Below are positions 1 to 8,314 of a stretch of 64,000 nt of DNA, one piece after another. A model generated the notes under the pieces. That model made no database searches, was not told where the DNA came from, and was given only the letters and a program-made list of their open reading frames with translations. The first letter of the stretch is position 1; each line of letters opens with the position of its first letter. Location: the IMG/VR virus record IMGVR_UViG_3300023296_000874, positions 186,001 to 250,000 of that record, one strand, 5' to 3'. Made by a program: the position numbers and the translations under genes.

Positions 1-1
1 C

Positions 2-301
2 CTTCTTCTCCTCGCCTCCCTTTCCTTGCTCGTCGGCTGTTCCAACCTCACCGCTGGTGAAGTGACGGAGGCAGAGACCACGGGTATTGCCCACTGCGAG
101 AAGCTCCACGCGGGCTCCACCTGCGCCGCTGCCTGTCAGGAGCGGGACACGGATGAGGACGGCTTTGTCCGTTGCAGCCTCACCGCCACGCCTGATGGCT
201 CCACTGTGGCTCAGGACCTTCCGGCCCTCGAGTGCGCCTACGGCAAGACGTGGAGCTGGGCGAAGGGCTGCCGTCAGCCCAACAAGGCCGTCACGCGCTG
301 A
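2..301 (+). CDS. Small Cys-rich lipoprotein (5' truncated by window edge)
   Basis: Frame open from base 2: LLLLASLSLLVGC = hydrophobic signal peptide plus lipobox Cys. Confidence 0.55.
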   Translation, partial: LLLLASLSLLVGCSNLTAGEVTEAETTGIAHCEKLHAGSTCAAACQERDTDEDGFVRCSLTATPDGSTVAQDLPALECAYGKTWSWAKGCRQPNKAVTR

Positions 302-737
302 GCACGTTCCGGATGATGCGCTCAATGAAGGGCACCATCTTGTAGCGTTTGAGATCGTCCACACCCACCCAGGCGATTGCGATGTTCTCGTGATCTGTCA
401 GGCGTGGCTTCCCTCTGTAGCCCTCACTCACGAAGGGATGCAGGATGCCGAGCTCCGGACCCATGTTGATGGACCGGAGCTTTCGCAGTCTTCCGGGTCG
501 GATCCCAGCTTCCTCAACGAGCTCACGCACCGCGCCTTGCTGTGGCGTTTCTCCGGCATCCACTCCACCGCCCGGTAGGTTCCACGCCAAAGGCATCCAA
601 GGGGCTGTACCGCCGCGCTGTAGTAGGAGGACCTTGCCGTCTTCCACTACGACAGTGACGGCTGAGTGCTCAAGCTGAACAGCCGCCGCCAGCTTGCGGA
701 TCTCACTTGATGTGGATGTTTTCTGTGGTGCTGGCAT
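291..737 (-). CDS. NUDIX hydrolase with short N-terminal extension
   Basis: Nudix box GGVDAGETPQQGAVRELVEEAG; WNLPGG upstream. Confidence 0.9.
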   Translation of the reverse strand: MPAPQKTSTSSEIRKLAAAVQLEHSAVTVVVEDGKVLLLQRGGTAPWMPLAWNLPGGGVDAGETPQQGAVRELVEEAGIRPGRLRKLRSINMGPELGILHPFVSEGYRGKPRLTDHENIAIAWVGVDDLKRYKMVPFIERIIRNVLSA

Positions 738-762
738 GGGTGCCCTCCTAACTGGGATGTGA

Positions 763-778
763 CTACAAAGGGATCATG
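763..778 (-). promoter_or_regulatory. Conserved 16-bp motif (putative late promoter)
   Basis: + strand ctacaaagggatcatg, 26 nt upstream of the NUDIX start. Confidence 0.65.
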
Positions 779-985
779 CCACAATGGAGTATGGAAGCTG
801 AGCACCCCTACAAGCAGTTCATCCTCGAGTGTCTGGCCTTGCTGCATCTACCCAGTGGAAAGTGGGAGGAGATTGCCAAGGACAGGAACTGGGCACTGCT
901 ATGGGCGTGGGGATGTGATCCATGCGAGGCGGTAGTCACCTACCTTCATGACAGCATGAGGGAGTACGATGTGATAGATGAATAA
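776..985 (+). CDS. Hypothetical protein
   Basis: 69-aa ORF filling a gap; no motif. Confidence 0.4.
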   Translation: MPQWSMEAEHPYKQFILECLALLHLPSGKWEEIAKDRNWALLWAWGCDPCEAVVTYLHDSMREYDVIDE

Positions 986-1043
986 GCTCGACATTCCGAC
1001 ACTCGTCCAAATCCTTGTCGAATGACTTGAACCGGAGGCCCAC

Positions 1044-1292
1044 ATGCCTGATACCCCCGTTACCAAAGATGAGATTGCTGAAGTAGCCAAGGACACCGCT
1101 GACACAGTAGCGGCAGAGTTCGCGGCAGAGCTCGGAGGGGATCACGGTCCCAACGGACCCGACATCAGCCCTGACCTACTCGCCCGGATGTTCGCCCGCG
1201 TGGGTTTCGTAGCGGAAGGCGAGTTGCGTCTACGCGCGGCCCTCACCCCTCCTGAGAAAGTCAAGCCGGACCCTGAGTTCGAAGTAGAGTAG
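1044..1292 (+). CDS. Hypothetical protein
   Basis: GGAGG RBS before ATG; typical codon usage. Confidence 0.6.
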   Translation: MPDTPVTKDEIAEVAKDTADTVAAEFAAELGGDHGPNGPDISPDLLARMFARVGFVAEGELRLRAALTPPEKVKPDPEFEVE

Positions 1293-1354
1293 GGCACTGC
1301 ACGTTCCGCCTGTCTGAGCGTTCTACGCTATATGACCACAAAGGAGCGCACGCC

Positions 1355-1741
1355 ATGACCCCCGACACCCTTGTCCGCGAAGAAGCGGAGACCATCATCG
1401 GGGCCTTGGAGGGGTCGCACGCCAATCGAGTCATCGCCGCATACATCGACCTCCGTGTTCGGGAATCCACCGCCCGTCGGAACGCTGTAGGAAATGTCTC
1501 CAAGTTCCTTGGGACTGCGGGGATGGTTGCGGCAGTGATCCTGTTGGGGTATGGTTTCAAAGTCTGGATGTCTGCTGACGACGGCCTGGTTGCATATCAG
1601 GTACAAGCCCAAGAGGAGCTACGAGAAGTGAGAGCTGAATATCAAACAGAGCTATCCGAACAAGGTGCTCTACTTGACGCGGCCACAGTTGAGAACACTC
1701 AACTGCGCGACAAGTGTATTGACGGCATACTCACCCAGTAG
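1355..1741 (+). CDS. Hypothetical single-pass membrane protein with C-terminal coiled coil
   Basis: AAGGAG RBS; hydrophobic FLGTAGMVAAVILLGYGF then QAQEELREVRAEYQTELSE. Confidence 0.6.
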   Translation: MTPDTLVREEAETIIGALEGSHANRVIAAYIDLRVRESTARRNAVGNVSKFLGTAGMVAAVILLGYGFKVWMSADDGLVAYQVQAQEELREVRAEYQTELSEQGALLDAATVENTQLRDKCIDGILTQ

Positions 1742-1780
1742 CTCTGGTCCCACCGGAGCTGCGTAGCTACCGGAATCAAC

Positions 1781-2446
1781 ATGGGCAGGAAGAAGAGGCG
1801 CGGACGTAGCAGCTACGTCGTCACGCGCACATCCAAGAAGAACGTCCCTGGATCGGGGACTCCGAAGCACCGCTTCGCTCAACACCTCGAAAGGGATGGG
1901 CAGAAGCAGCAGCTCAGCGGGAACCTCCGCGAGTGCGCCATCCCTTCCGGCGTCCCCGCCACCCACACCAGCTACCGAGGCGGCTGCAACTACAAGCTCA
2001 TCCGGGCCTACGAGGTGAGCGATCCTCGCGGGTACGGCCTCTCCGGTGGTGGCAACATCAAGCAGCGCCTCTACCACGGCACCCGCGAAACCTCCGCTGC
2101 TCACATCATGCTCCAGAGCTTCAAGCTCCCTGCACACGGAGGCATGTTCGGGAAGGCCATCTACCTGACCCCCAACATCGGGAAGGCTTTCGGGTTCACA
2201 GACTCCAAAAACCCGATCATCCTGGTGTGCGATGCCAACCTGGGCCGCGTCCGAACCTTCAACGAGTCGGATCGCGGCCTTGATTTGTTCAGCGCCAACA
2301 ATGCAGGGTTCGACACCGCCTTCGGTGAGCGTGGCGTGACTGCCTCGTGGGGTGGCTCCCTTACCTTCAGCGAGTACGCGGTGTACGACCCCAACCGCAT
2401 TCGCATCCGGTACTTGCTCGAATACAAGGCAGCGAACCAGAAGTAG
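1781..2446 (+). CDS. PARP-family (H-Y-E) ADP-ribosyltransferase catalytic domain
   Basis: RLYHGT, GMFGKAIYLT, IILVCDANLG, SEYAVYDPNRIRIRYL. Confidence 0.85.
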   Translation: MGRKKRRGRSSYVVTRTSKKNVPGSGTPKHRFAQHLERDGQKQQLSGNLRECAIPSGVPATHTSYRGGCNYKLIRAYEVSDPRGYGLSGGGNIKQRLYHGTRETSAAHIMLQSFKLPAHGGMFGKAIYLTPNIGKAFGFTDSKNPIILVCDANLGRVRTFNESDRGLDLFSANNAGFDTAFGERGVTASWGGSLTFSEYAVYDPNRIRIRYLLEYKAANQK

Positions 2447-2468
2447 TGTCTATGGAGTAGGAGGTGCC

Positions 2469-2711
2469 ATGGAAGACGAACACGAGCACAGGTGGATCGC
2501 CCTTTCACCAAGTGATGAGACCGGAGTTGCCTACCGCTGCTACGGCTGCAACAGTAGCAAGTTCGTGGAGAGCCCCCGATGCCAATGCGCAGAGGGAAAC
2601 CATGGGACTCACTGGTCTGGGGGCCGTGTCTGGCCGAACAGGCGCATTGATGGTGGGTATTGCTCGATGTGTAGCCTGCTTGTCACCAGCGACGATGACG
2701 ACTGCTGGTGA
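2469..2711 (+). CDS. Small Cys/His-rich (Zn-binding) protein
   Basis: GGAGG RBS before ATG 2469; CYGC, CQC, CSMC. Confidence 0.55.
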   Translation: MEDEHEHRWIALSPSDETGVAYRCYGCNSSKFVESPRCQCAEGNHGTHWSGGRVWPNRRIDGGYCSMCSLLVTSDDDDCW

Positions 2712-2891
2712 TTTAGAGAGCACTTCGCACTTCTGGCAACGCTCAGGGGTTGTAGGAGATGTAGACCGCACCACCGCAAGGTGAGCGGGATGCTGGTGGG
2801 CCGCTCGGGAATACTGAGTGGTGAATGCGACGGGATTCGAAACATCGTTCGCTAATCAACACAAGCCCTCTGGGCTATTGAGGATACCGCC

Positions 2892-3914
2892 ATGACTATC
2901 AAGTGGACCGACATCACCCGCTTCAACAACCTGCGCCGTGGGTACCAGCTCCGAGAGGAGCGCGTACAGATTCCGCAGCCGACCCTGTCCTTCCGTGGGA
3001 AGGTGAAGCTCGACGGTACCAACGCTGCTGTACGGGTTGACCCCCGCTTCGTTGAGGGGCCTGGCTACCACGCTCAGAGCCGCTCCCGTGACATCGGCCT
3101 GTCTGATGACAACATGGGCTTCGCTGCCTGGGTTGAGCTCAACCGCAACTACTTCCTCCGACTTCGAGATGCTGCGGGCAAGACCGTAGTGATCTTCGGT
3201 GAGTGGTGTGGCAAGGGCATCCAGAAGCGTTGCTCCATCTCCAAGATCGACCGCAAGGTGTTCGCCGTGTTCGCCATCGAGGCGCACTTCCCCGAGGGGG
3301 AGGACACCAAGACCCGGATCCTCGTGGACCCGGACCTGATTCGTTCCCACCTCCCCGACCACCCGGACATCTACGTGATCCCGTGGGCCGAGGGTGAGGA
3401 CGTGACGGTGGACTTCGCGGATACCGAGAGCCTGGACGCCGCCGCGCTGATCTTCAACGAGCGCATCGACGAGGTTGAGACCTGCGACCCTTGGGTCAAG
3501 GCTACCTTCGACGTTGACGGGCTTGGGGAAGGCCTCGTGTACTACCCGCTGCTCCCCGGCGTAATCGGCAGCTCTGCTGTACGGGACGACGTGACCAGTG
3601 CCATGTTCAAGGCGAAGGGCGAGAAGCACGAAGTGAAGAAGCGGAAGAAGGCCGTTGAGGTGGACACCGAGGTGGTTGCCTCCGTTGAGGCCTTCGTGGA
3701 GATGTTCGTTACCGACAACAGGTGCGAGCAGGCTGTCACTACCGCGTGCAACGGTGAGTACGACCGCGTGTTCACCGGCAACTTCCTTCAGTGGGTTGGT
3801 GGCGACATCAAGAAGGAAAGTGGCGACGAGCTTGAGGCTGCTGGCCTCACCTGGAAGCAGGTGGGCAAGGGAGTTCAGAAGGCTGCTCGCACCTGGTTCT
3901 TCGCCCGCGCGTGA
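2892..3914 (+). CDS. RNA ligase, Rnl2 family
   Basis: Motifs KLDGTN (I), FGEWCG (III), EGLV (IV), FKAKGEKH (V) plus Rnl2-like C-terminal domain (FVTDNRCEQ...DIKKE). Confidence 0.85.
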   Translation: MTIKWTDITRFNNLRRGYQLREERVQIPQPTLSFRGKVKLDGTNAAVRVDPRFVEGPGYHAQSRSRDIGLSDDNMGFAAWVELNRNYFLRLRDAAGKTVVIFGEWCGKGIQKRCSISKIDRKVFAVFAIEAHFPEGEDTKTRILVDPDLIRSHLPDHPDIYVIPWAEGEDVTVDFADTESLDAAALIFNERIDEVETCDPWVKATFDVDGLGEGLVYYPLLPGVIGSSAVRDDVTSAMFKAKGEKHEVKKRKKAVEVDTEVVASVEAFVEMFVTDNRCEQAVTTACNGEYDRVFTGNFLQWVGGDIKKESGDELEAAGLTWKQVGKGVQKAARTWFFARA

Positions 3915-4357
3915 AAGGCGTCTACCAAACCAACGTCTCGGACGGGGAGGAGTCCAACTGTTGTGCCGCAGCAGTTGCGACCCTCTTCGACCTTGCGTTG
4001 GTGGACGTGCCACCTCTGCTGGGAGACTTTGAGCAGGCTTCGAACCTGATCCGGTTCTTCCACTCGCGGGGCTACCGGCACGCCATGTTCGTTGGTCAGC
4101 GTGGCAAGGGTCCCACCCTACAGGAATGCGCAGAGTACGACGGTGGCGTCGAAGGCTACTTCTACGCTGCTGTTCCGTCCAAGACCTTCAAAGGCGGCTC
4201 CCACGCTGTGATTGTGGATACCGCCCTGAAGGTCGTGTGGGATCCTAATCCCAACCAGCTCGCGCTGAGCACCCTACCCGAAGAAGTGACGGGCATATGG
4301 GTGATTGGGGGTTGGTTCATCAACCCCGCAGGCGAGTTCTACTGGCTTGACGAGTAG
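3911..4357 (+). CDS. Hypothetical protein, possible papain-like (C39-like) peptidase
   Basis: NCCAAAVA ... SHAVIV ... VWDPNP, a Cys-His-Asp arrangement; GTGA overlap with the ligase stop. Confidence 0.4.
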   Translation: MKGVYQTNVSDGEESNCCAAAVATLFDLALVDVPPLLGDFEQASNLIRFFHSRGYRHAMFVGQRGKGPTLQECAEYDGGVEGYFYAAVPSKTFKGGSHAVIVDTALKVVWDPNPNQLALSTLPEEVTGIWVIGGWFINPAGEFYWLDE

Positions 4358-4651
4358 CTACCCCTCAACAGTCAAATCACCCGTGTCACCGTCGCCGTCC
4401 TCGTCAATGGCGAGGATCGCTTCTTCCTGGATCACCAGGAAGGTCTTGCCGTTCCCGTCCTTGACTTCGAGGCAGTGCTTGCGCTGAACGAGCACGGTGT
4501 TCTTGCGCTGCACAATGGTCACCTCAGGACCCTTGGCGAACACGGAGCCGCGAACCACGTCGACGTTCTCGTCGGGAAGGTGAAGGCCGCTTTCGGTCTG
4601 CTTCTTGTTGAGGGGCTCGATGAGCAGGCGGTCAAATACAGGTCTGAGCAT
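4358..4651 (-). CDS. groES: Co-chaperonin GroES (Cpn10)
   Basis: LRPVFDRLLIEP, mobile loop TESGLHLPD, GSVFAKGP, LVIQEEAILAI. Confidence 0.85.
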   Translation of the reverse strand: MLRPVFDRLLIEPLNKKQTESGLHLPDENVDVVRGSVFAKGPEVTIVQRKNTVLVQRKHCLEVKDGNGKTFLVIQEEAILAIDEDGDGDTGDLTVEG

Positions 4652-4699
4652 TGGTGTTTCTCCAGGTTGTACCTGTCCAACACCGTCACGGGCTCAGTT

Positions 4700-5179
4700 T
4701 CAGTATTTCTTACCGTCGAGCGTGGCTCGAGTACCCAACGCCCGGTCCACCCAATCGCTCCGGACGCCCCAGTTCAGATGCTGGTTCTTGCCCATGTGGT
4801 GAGCGTAGTGCGTAGTCGCGTGCTGCAAGGCCCATGCGGGGTTCTTGTGTGCCTTCCGATGCACTCGGATGTAGCTGAGGCCACTCAGTACGAGCCCAAG
4901 CACGAACCCGGCAATGAACCATCCGCCGAGCAGTAGGAGCGGGAGGTGGATCGCTACAGCGAAGGTCACCCAAAGGGCCTCACGTCGGGATCCGATGTCG
5001 TGCATGTTCTGACGGCGGCAGTTTCGGTGGTGCTCTCGGAAGTGGAACGCGAACATGTGGTCTTTCTTGAACCCAAACGGGTGAAGCAGCCATCTGTGGA
5101 TCGCATACTCAACGACATGCCCGTAAACCCAAGCAAGTCCAAGACCAACCACCGCCAATAGAACCATTGAAGCCTCCAC
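4700..5179 (-). CDS. Fatty acid hydroxylase / sterol desaturase family membrane enzyme
   Basis: His boxes EYAIHRWLLH, HFREHH, VHRKAH, HYAHH; NWGV..W.DRALGT; TM segments. Confidence 0.8.
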   Translation of the reverse strand: MEASMVLLAVVGLGLAWVYGHVVEYAIHRWLLHPFGFKKDHMFAFHFREHHRNCRRQNMHDIGSRREALWVTFAVAIHLPLLLLGGWFIAGFVLGLVLSGLSYIRVHRKAHKNPAWALQHATTHYAHHMGKNQHLNWGVRSDWVDRALGTRATLDGKKY

Positions 5180-5290
5180 TTCCTCCGCTGTCCGCGTACT
5201 GACTTCATTGTATGGGACACATGGATAAACCGCGATGAGTTCTCTGAGAAGCTCCTCATCTCACTCGTTACCTCGGAGCCGAAGCCGGAG

Positions 5291-5578
5291 GTGTCAGTGA
5301 AATTCCGAAGAGATGGGCAACGGAGCGCAGACTTCAGGAAGCCCTGCTACACCTACACGGTCCGAAACATCTGCTACATGCTGCTCCCTGAGTACAAGAC
5401 GGTCCAGAAGAAGGACTTCCGTAGGACGGGGAAGGCGTGGTGGTACGTCAAGGCAGGCAGGGTTGACATCCCGCCCTGCCTACGGTCTGCTCGCATGTTG
5501 ACCATTGCGGAAGCCTGCGCGTGGGCAGAGCGTGAGCTGTTCCCGACAAGATTGGCACTGCTTTTCGACGACGAATAG
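5291..5578 (+). CDS. Hypothetical protein
   Basis: GTG start after GGAG; stop abuts the glnS start. Confidence 0.5.
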   Translation: MSVKFRRDGQRSADFRKPCYTYTVRNICYMLLPEYKTVQKKDFRRTGKAWWYVKAGRVDIPPCLRSARMLTIAEACAWAERELFPTRLALLFDDE

Positions 5579-7189
5579 GTGTCTAAGGAGGTTGAGGAGA
5601 TCCACATGCCCGACTTCATCCGAGATGCCATCGACCGCCTACGTGCCGAACACCCGGACTGCGCGATCCAGACTCGGTTCCCTCCGGAGCCCAACGGGTA
5701 CCTCCACATCGGTCACGCGAAGGCCATCTGCCTCAACTTCGAGATCGCTCGGGAGTACGACGGCAAGTGCGTCCTCCGTTTCGACGACACCAACCCGGCT
5801 ACCGAGGACACCGAGTACTGCGAGGCCATCTTCGAGGATGTGAAGTGGCTCGGCTACACCCCGCACTCAATCCGGTACGCCAGCGACTACTTCCCAGCGC
5901 TCTACGCTTTGGCACTCGACCTCATCGAGGCCGACCTCGCCTACGTGGAAGAGTTGAGCGAGGCTGAGATCCGTGAGTACCGGGGCACCGTCAAGACGCC
6001 CGGCAAGCCATCACCCTTCAGGGACCGCACACGCAGCAAGAACCACGAGCTCTTCAGGGCTATGGCGAAGGGTGGTGTCGCAGAAGGCGAAATGGTGCTT
6101 CGCCTCAAGGGGGACCTCAGCAGCCCGAACATGAAGATGCGGGACCCTCTGATCTACCGCGTCAAGAGCACCCCGCACCACCGCACCGGGACCGATTGGT
6201 ACATCTACCCCTTCTACGATTTCGCTCACCCGCTGTCGGATGCGATTGAAGGAGTCACACACTCCCTCTGCACCCTCGAGTTCCAGAACAACCGCCCGCT
6301 CTACGACCGCTACCTTGAGCTCACCCACGCTGTACCCGTCCCCGTCCAGATGGAAATGGCCCGGTTCGAGATGACCTACACCGTCACCTCCAAGCGCAAG
6401 CTCAAGGAGTTGGTGGACAGTGGCGCTGTCGATGGGTGGAGCGACCCCCGTCTCCCCACGCTGGCGGGCTTGCGACGTAGGGGCGTGCCACCAACCGCCA
6501 TCACGGCGCTCATGGCCAGGGTGGGCGTGAGCAAGGCGAACAGCACCATCCCCGCCGCATGGCTGGAGGACGAGGTGCGCCGCGAGCTGAACATCACCGC
6601 GCCGCGTGCGATGGCCGTGCTCGATCCCCTGGAGATCGTACTCACCAACTACGAGGGTGAGGAGTTGTTCCCTACTGAGGATGGCAGCCGAGAGGTACCG
6701 TTCGGGAAGCGCATCTACATCGAAAGAAGAGACTTCATGCTCGAGCCGGTACGCAAGTTCAAGAGGCTTGCCCCCGGAGTTGAGGTGAGGCTGAAGCGTG
6801 CGTACCTCATCACCTGCAATGAGGTTGAGTACGACGCTGACGGAGAGGTTTCCCGACTGCTCTGCACTGTGGATTTGGACAGCCGGGGTGGAATGGCTGC
6901 TGACGGGCGCAAGGTACGCGGCACGGTTCACTGGGTGTCGGCTGATCACGCCGTCGACATGGAGGTACGTCTCTACGACCGCCTCTTCAACGTAGAAGCA
7001 CCGGGCAAGGCCGATGACATTCACGACGCCCTGAACCCTGACAGCGTCAAGACGATCACCGCGAAGTGTGAGCCGCACCTCGCCACCTTCGACGGGACCG
7101 TACAGTTCGAGAGAGAAGGCTACTTCGCCTCTGAGAACGGCGGGTGGAATCGCGTTAGTACTCTACGAGACACCTGGGCACGAAGGTAG
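5579..7189 (+). CDS. glnS: Glutaminyl-tRNA synthetase (full length)
   Basis: TRFPPEPNGYLHIGHAK (HIGH), LRFDDTNP, MRDPLIYR, YDFAHPLSDAIEGVTHSLCTLEF, TSKRKL, GTVHWVSA, QFEREGYF. Confidence 0.97.
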   Translation: MSKEVEEIHMPDFIRDAIDRLRAEHPDCAIQTRFPPEPNGYLHIGHAKAICLNFEIAREYDGKCVLRFDDTNPATEDTEYCEAIFEDVKWLGYTPHSIRYASDYFPALYALALDLIEADLAYVEELSEAEIREYRGTVKTPGKPSPFRDRTRSKNHELFRAMAKGGVAEGEMVLRLKGDLSSPNMKMRDPLIYRVKSTPHHRTGTDWYIYPFYDFAHPLSDAIEGVTHSLCTLEFQNNRPLYDRYLELTHAVPVPVQMEMARFEMTYTVTSKRKLKELVDSGAVDGWSDPRLPTLAGLRRRGVPPTAITALMARVGVSKANSTIPAAWLEDEVRRELNITAPRAMAVLDPLEIVLTNYEGEELFPTEDGSREVPFGKRIYIERRDFMLEPVRKFKRLAPGVEVRLKRAYLITCNEVEYDADGEVSRLLCTVDLDSRGGMAADGRKVRGTVHWVSADHAVDMEVRLYDRLFNVEAPGKADDIHDALNPDSVKTITAKCEPHLATFDGTVQFEREGYFASENGGWNRVSTLRDTWARR

Positions 7190-7192
7190 AAG

Positions 7193-7750
7193 ATGTACAC
7201 ACGCCACACTGCGACCCCACTTCCACGCGGCACCAAAGACGGCGACATGATGTCGATCCGCATCCTCGGTGACACGCCGGAGGATGGAGTGGAGGACTAC
7301 CCGTGCGAGTGGGTAGACGACGAAGCACCCGACGGCTACTGGGCTTGGGAGAACCGCTACGGCGAGAAGAGCTTCTACCCGGACGAGCTGGAAGACGACG
7401 TGGGTGCCAAGCTCTGCTGGATGGAGCTCCGACACTGCTGCGGCTCCATGCAGCAGCAGGTTGAGGGTTGCCACAAGCACCCCGAGGGCGAAGCGTGCCC
7501 GGACATCACCGTGCTCTACGACGCTCAGTACGACCGTTACTCACTGCCCCACTACCAGGGCATCATCGTGATGAAGTACTGCCCCTGGTGCGCCGCTGAC
7601 CGTGGCGACCGGATGGACCAGTGGTGGGCTCAGATTGAGAAGCTGCTCGGCGGCGACCCCGGTTTCGAGGAAGTGGCTGCCGCCAAGGCTGCTGGCAAGA
7701 TCCCCGACAAGTTCCTCACTGACGAGTGGTGGCGGAACCCAAGTGAGTAG
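7193..7750 (+). CDS. Cys-rich hypothetical protein (C-terminal half DUF6980-like, from recall)
   Basis: HCC..M...C.KH....CPD...YCPWC...D.WW..IE.L.G.DP...IP..F.TD.WW pattern. Confidence 0.5.
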   Translation: MYTRHTATPLPRGTKDGDMMSIRILGDTPEDGVEDYPCEWVDDEAPDGYWAWENRYGEKSFYPDELEDDVGAKLCWMELRHCCGSMQQQVEGCHKHPEGEACPDITVLYDAQYDRYSLPHYQGIIVMKYCPWCAADRGDRMDQWWAQIEKLLGGDPGFEEVAAAKAAGKIPDKFLTDEWWRNPSE

Positions 7751-7994
7751 GCACAAGGTTCATTACCACTGCGGCGCTACGTCGGAGTGCGGTAAGAAGA
7801 GCTATCTGCTGTACACCTTCTACGCTCACAAGGTGACCTGTAAGCCGTGCAAGGAAGGCGTGCGCGGACTCGAAGCCCGCAGCAGGCGTAGAGAGCGAGA
7901 AGATATTCACCGCCTCGAGCGTGAAATGGATCTCAAGATGGGCATTGAAGAGCCCACCGTACCCCACGACTGGATGTACTGCCTCGCGGCTTAG
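7743..7994 (+). CDS. Hypothetical Zn-binding protein
   Basis: GTG overlapping the upstream gene end; HYHC...C...VTCKPC. Confidence 0.5.
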   Translation: MSRHKVHYHCGATSECGKKSYLLYTFYAHKVTCKPCKEGVRGLEARSRRREREDIHRLEREMDLKMGIEEPTVPHDWMYCLAA

Positions 7995-8002
7995 GAAGAA
8001 CC

Positions 8003-8251
8003 ATGCGAATCAAAGACCTGAGCCCCACCGAAGAGAATACAGGAGATGAGCGCACCTGCCGCAGGTACATCTGGTGGCCGATCAAGCTGGGAGATGAAAC
8101 CCGGTGGCTTGAGTACGCCGAGGTGCTGCAGCGTGTGGTCAAGTTTGATGTAGGCGGCTCCGGGCAGTGGGGTTGCTACGCCTACCGATGGGTAGATGTA
8201 GCTTGGCAGCCTGAGCCTGTGTCCCGTGCGGAGATCCTCTTCGAGGATTAG
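8003..8251 (+). CDS. Hypothetical protein
   Basis: AGGAAG RBS; WWPIKLGDETRWLE pattern typical of small phage proteins. Confidence 0.6.
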   Translation: MRIKDLSPTEENTGDERTCRRYIWWPIKLGDETRWLEYAEVLQRVVKFDVGGSGQWGCYAYRWVDVAWQPEPVSRAEILFED

Positions 8252-8257
8252 GGCGTC

Positions 8258-8304
8258 CAAGACCAACGAAGGCGGGACACAAGTTCCCGCCTTCGTTGGT
8301 CTTG
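8258..8304. terminator. Perfect 20-bp inverted repeat between convergent genes (bidirectional terminator candidate)
   Basis: caagaccaacgaaggcggga - cacaagt - tcccgccttcgttggtcttg. Confidence 0.7.
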
Positions 8305-8314
8305 CTCAGAGGGT

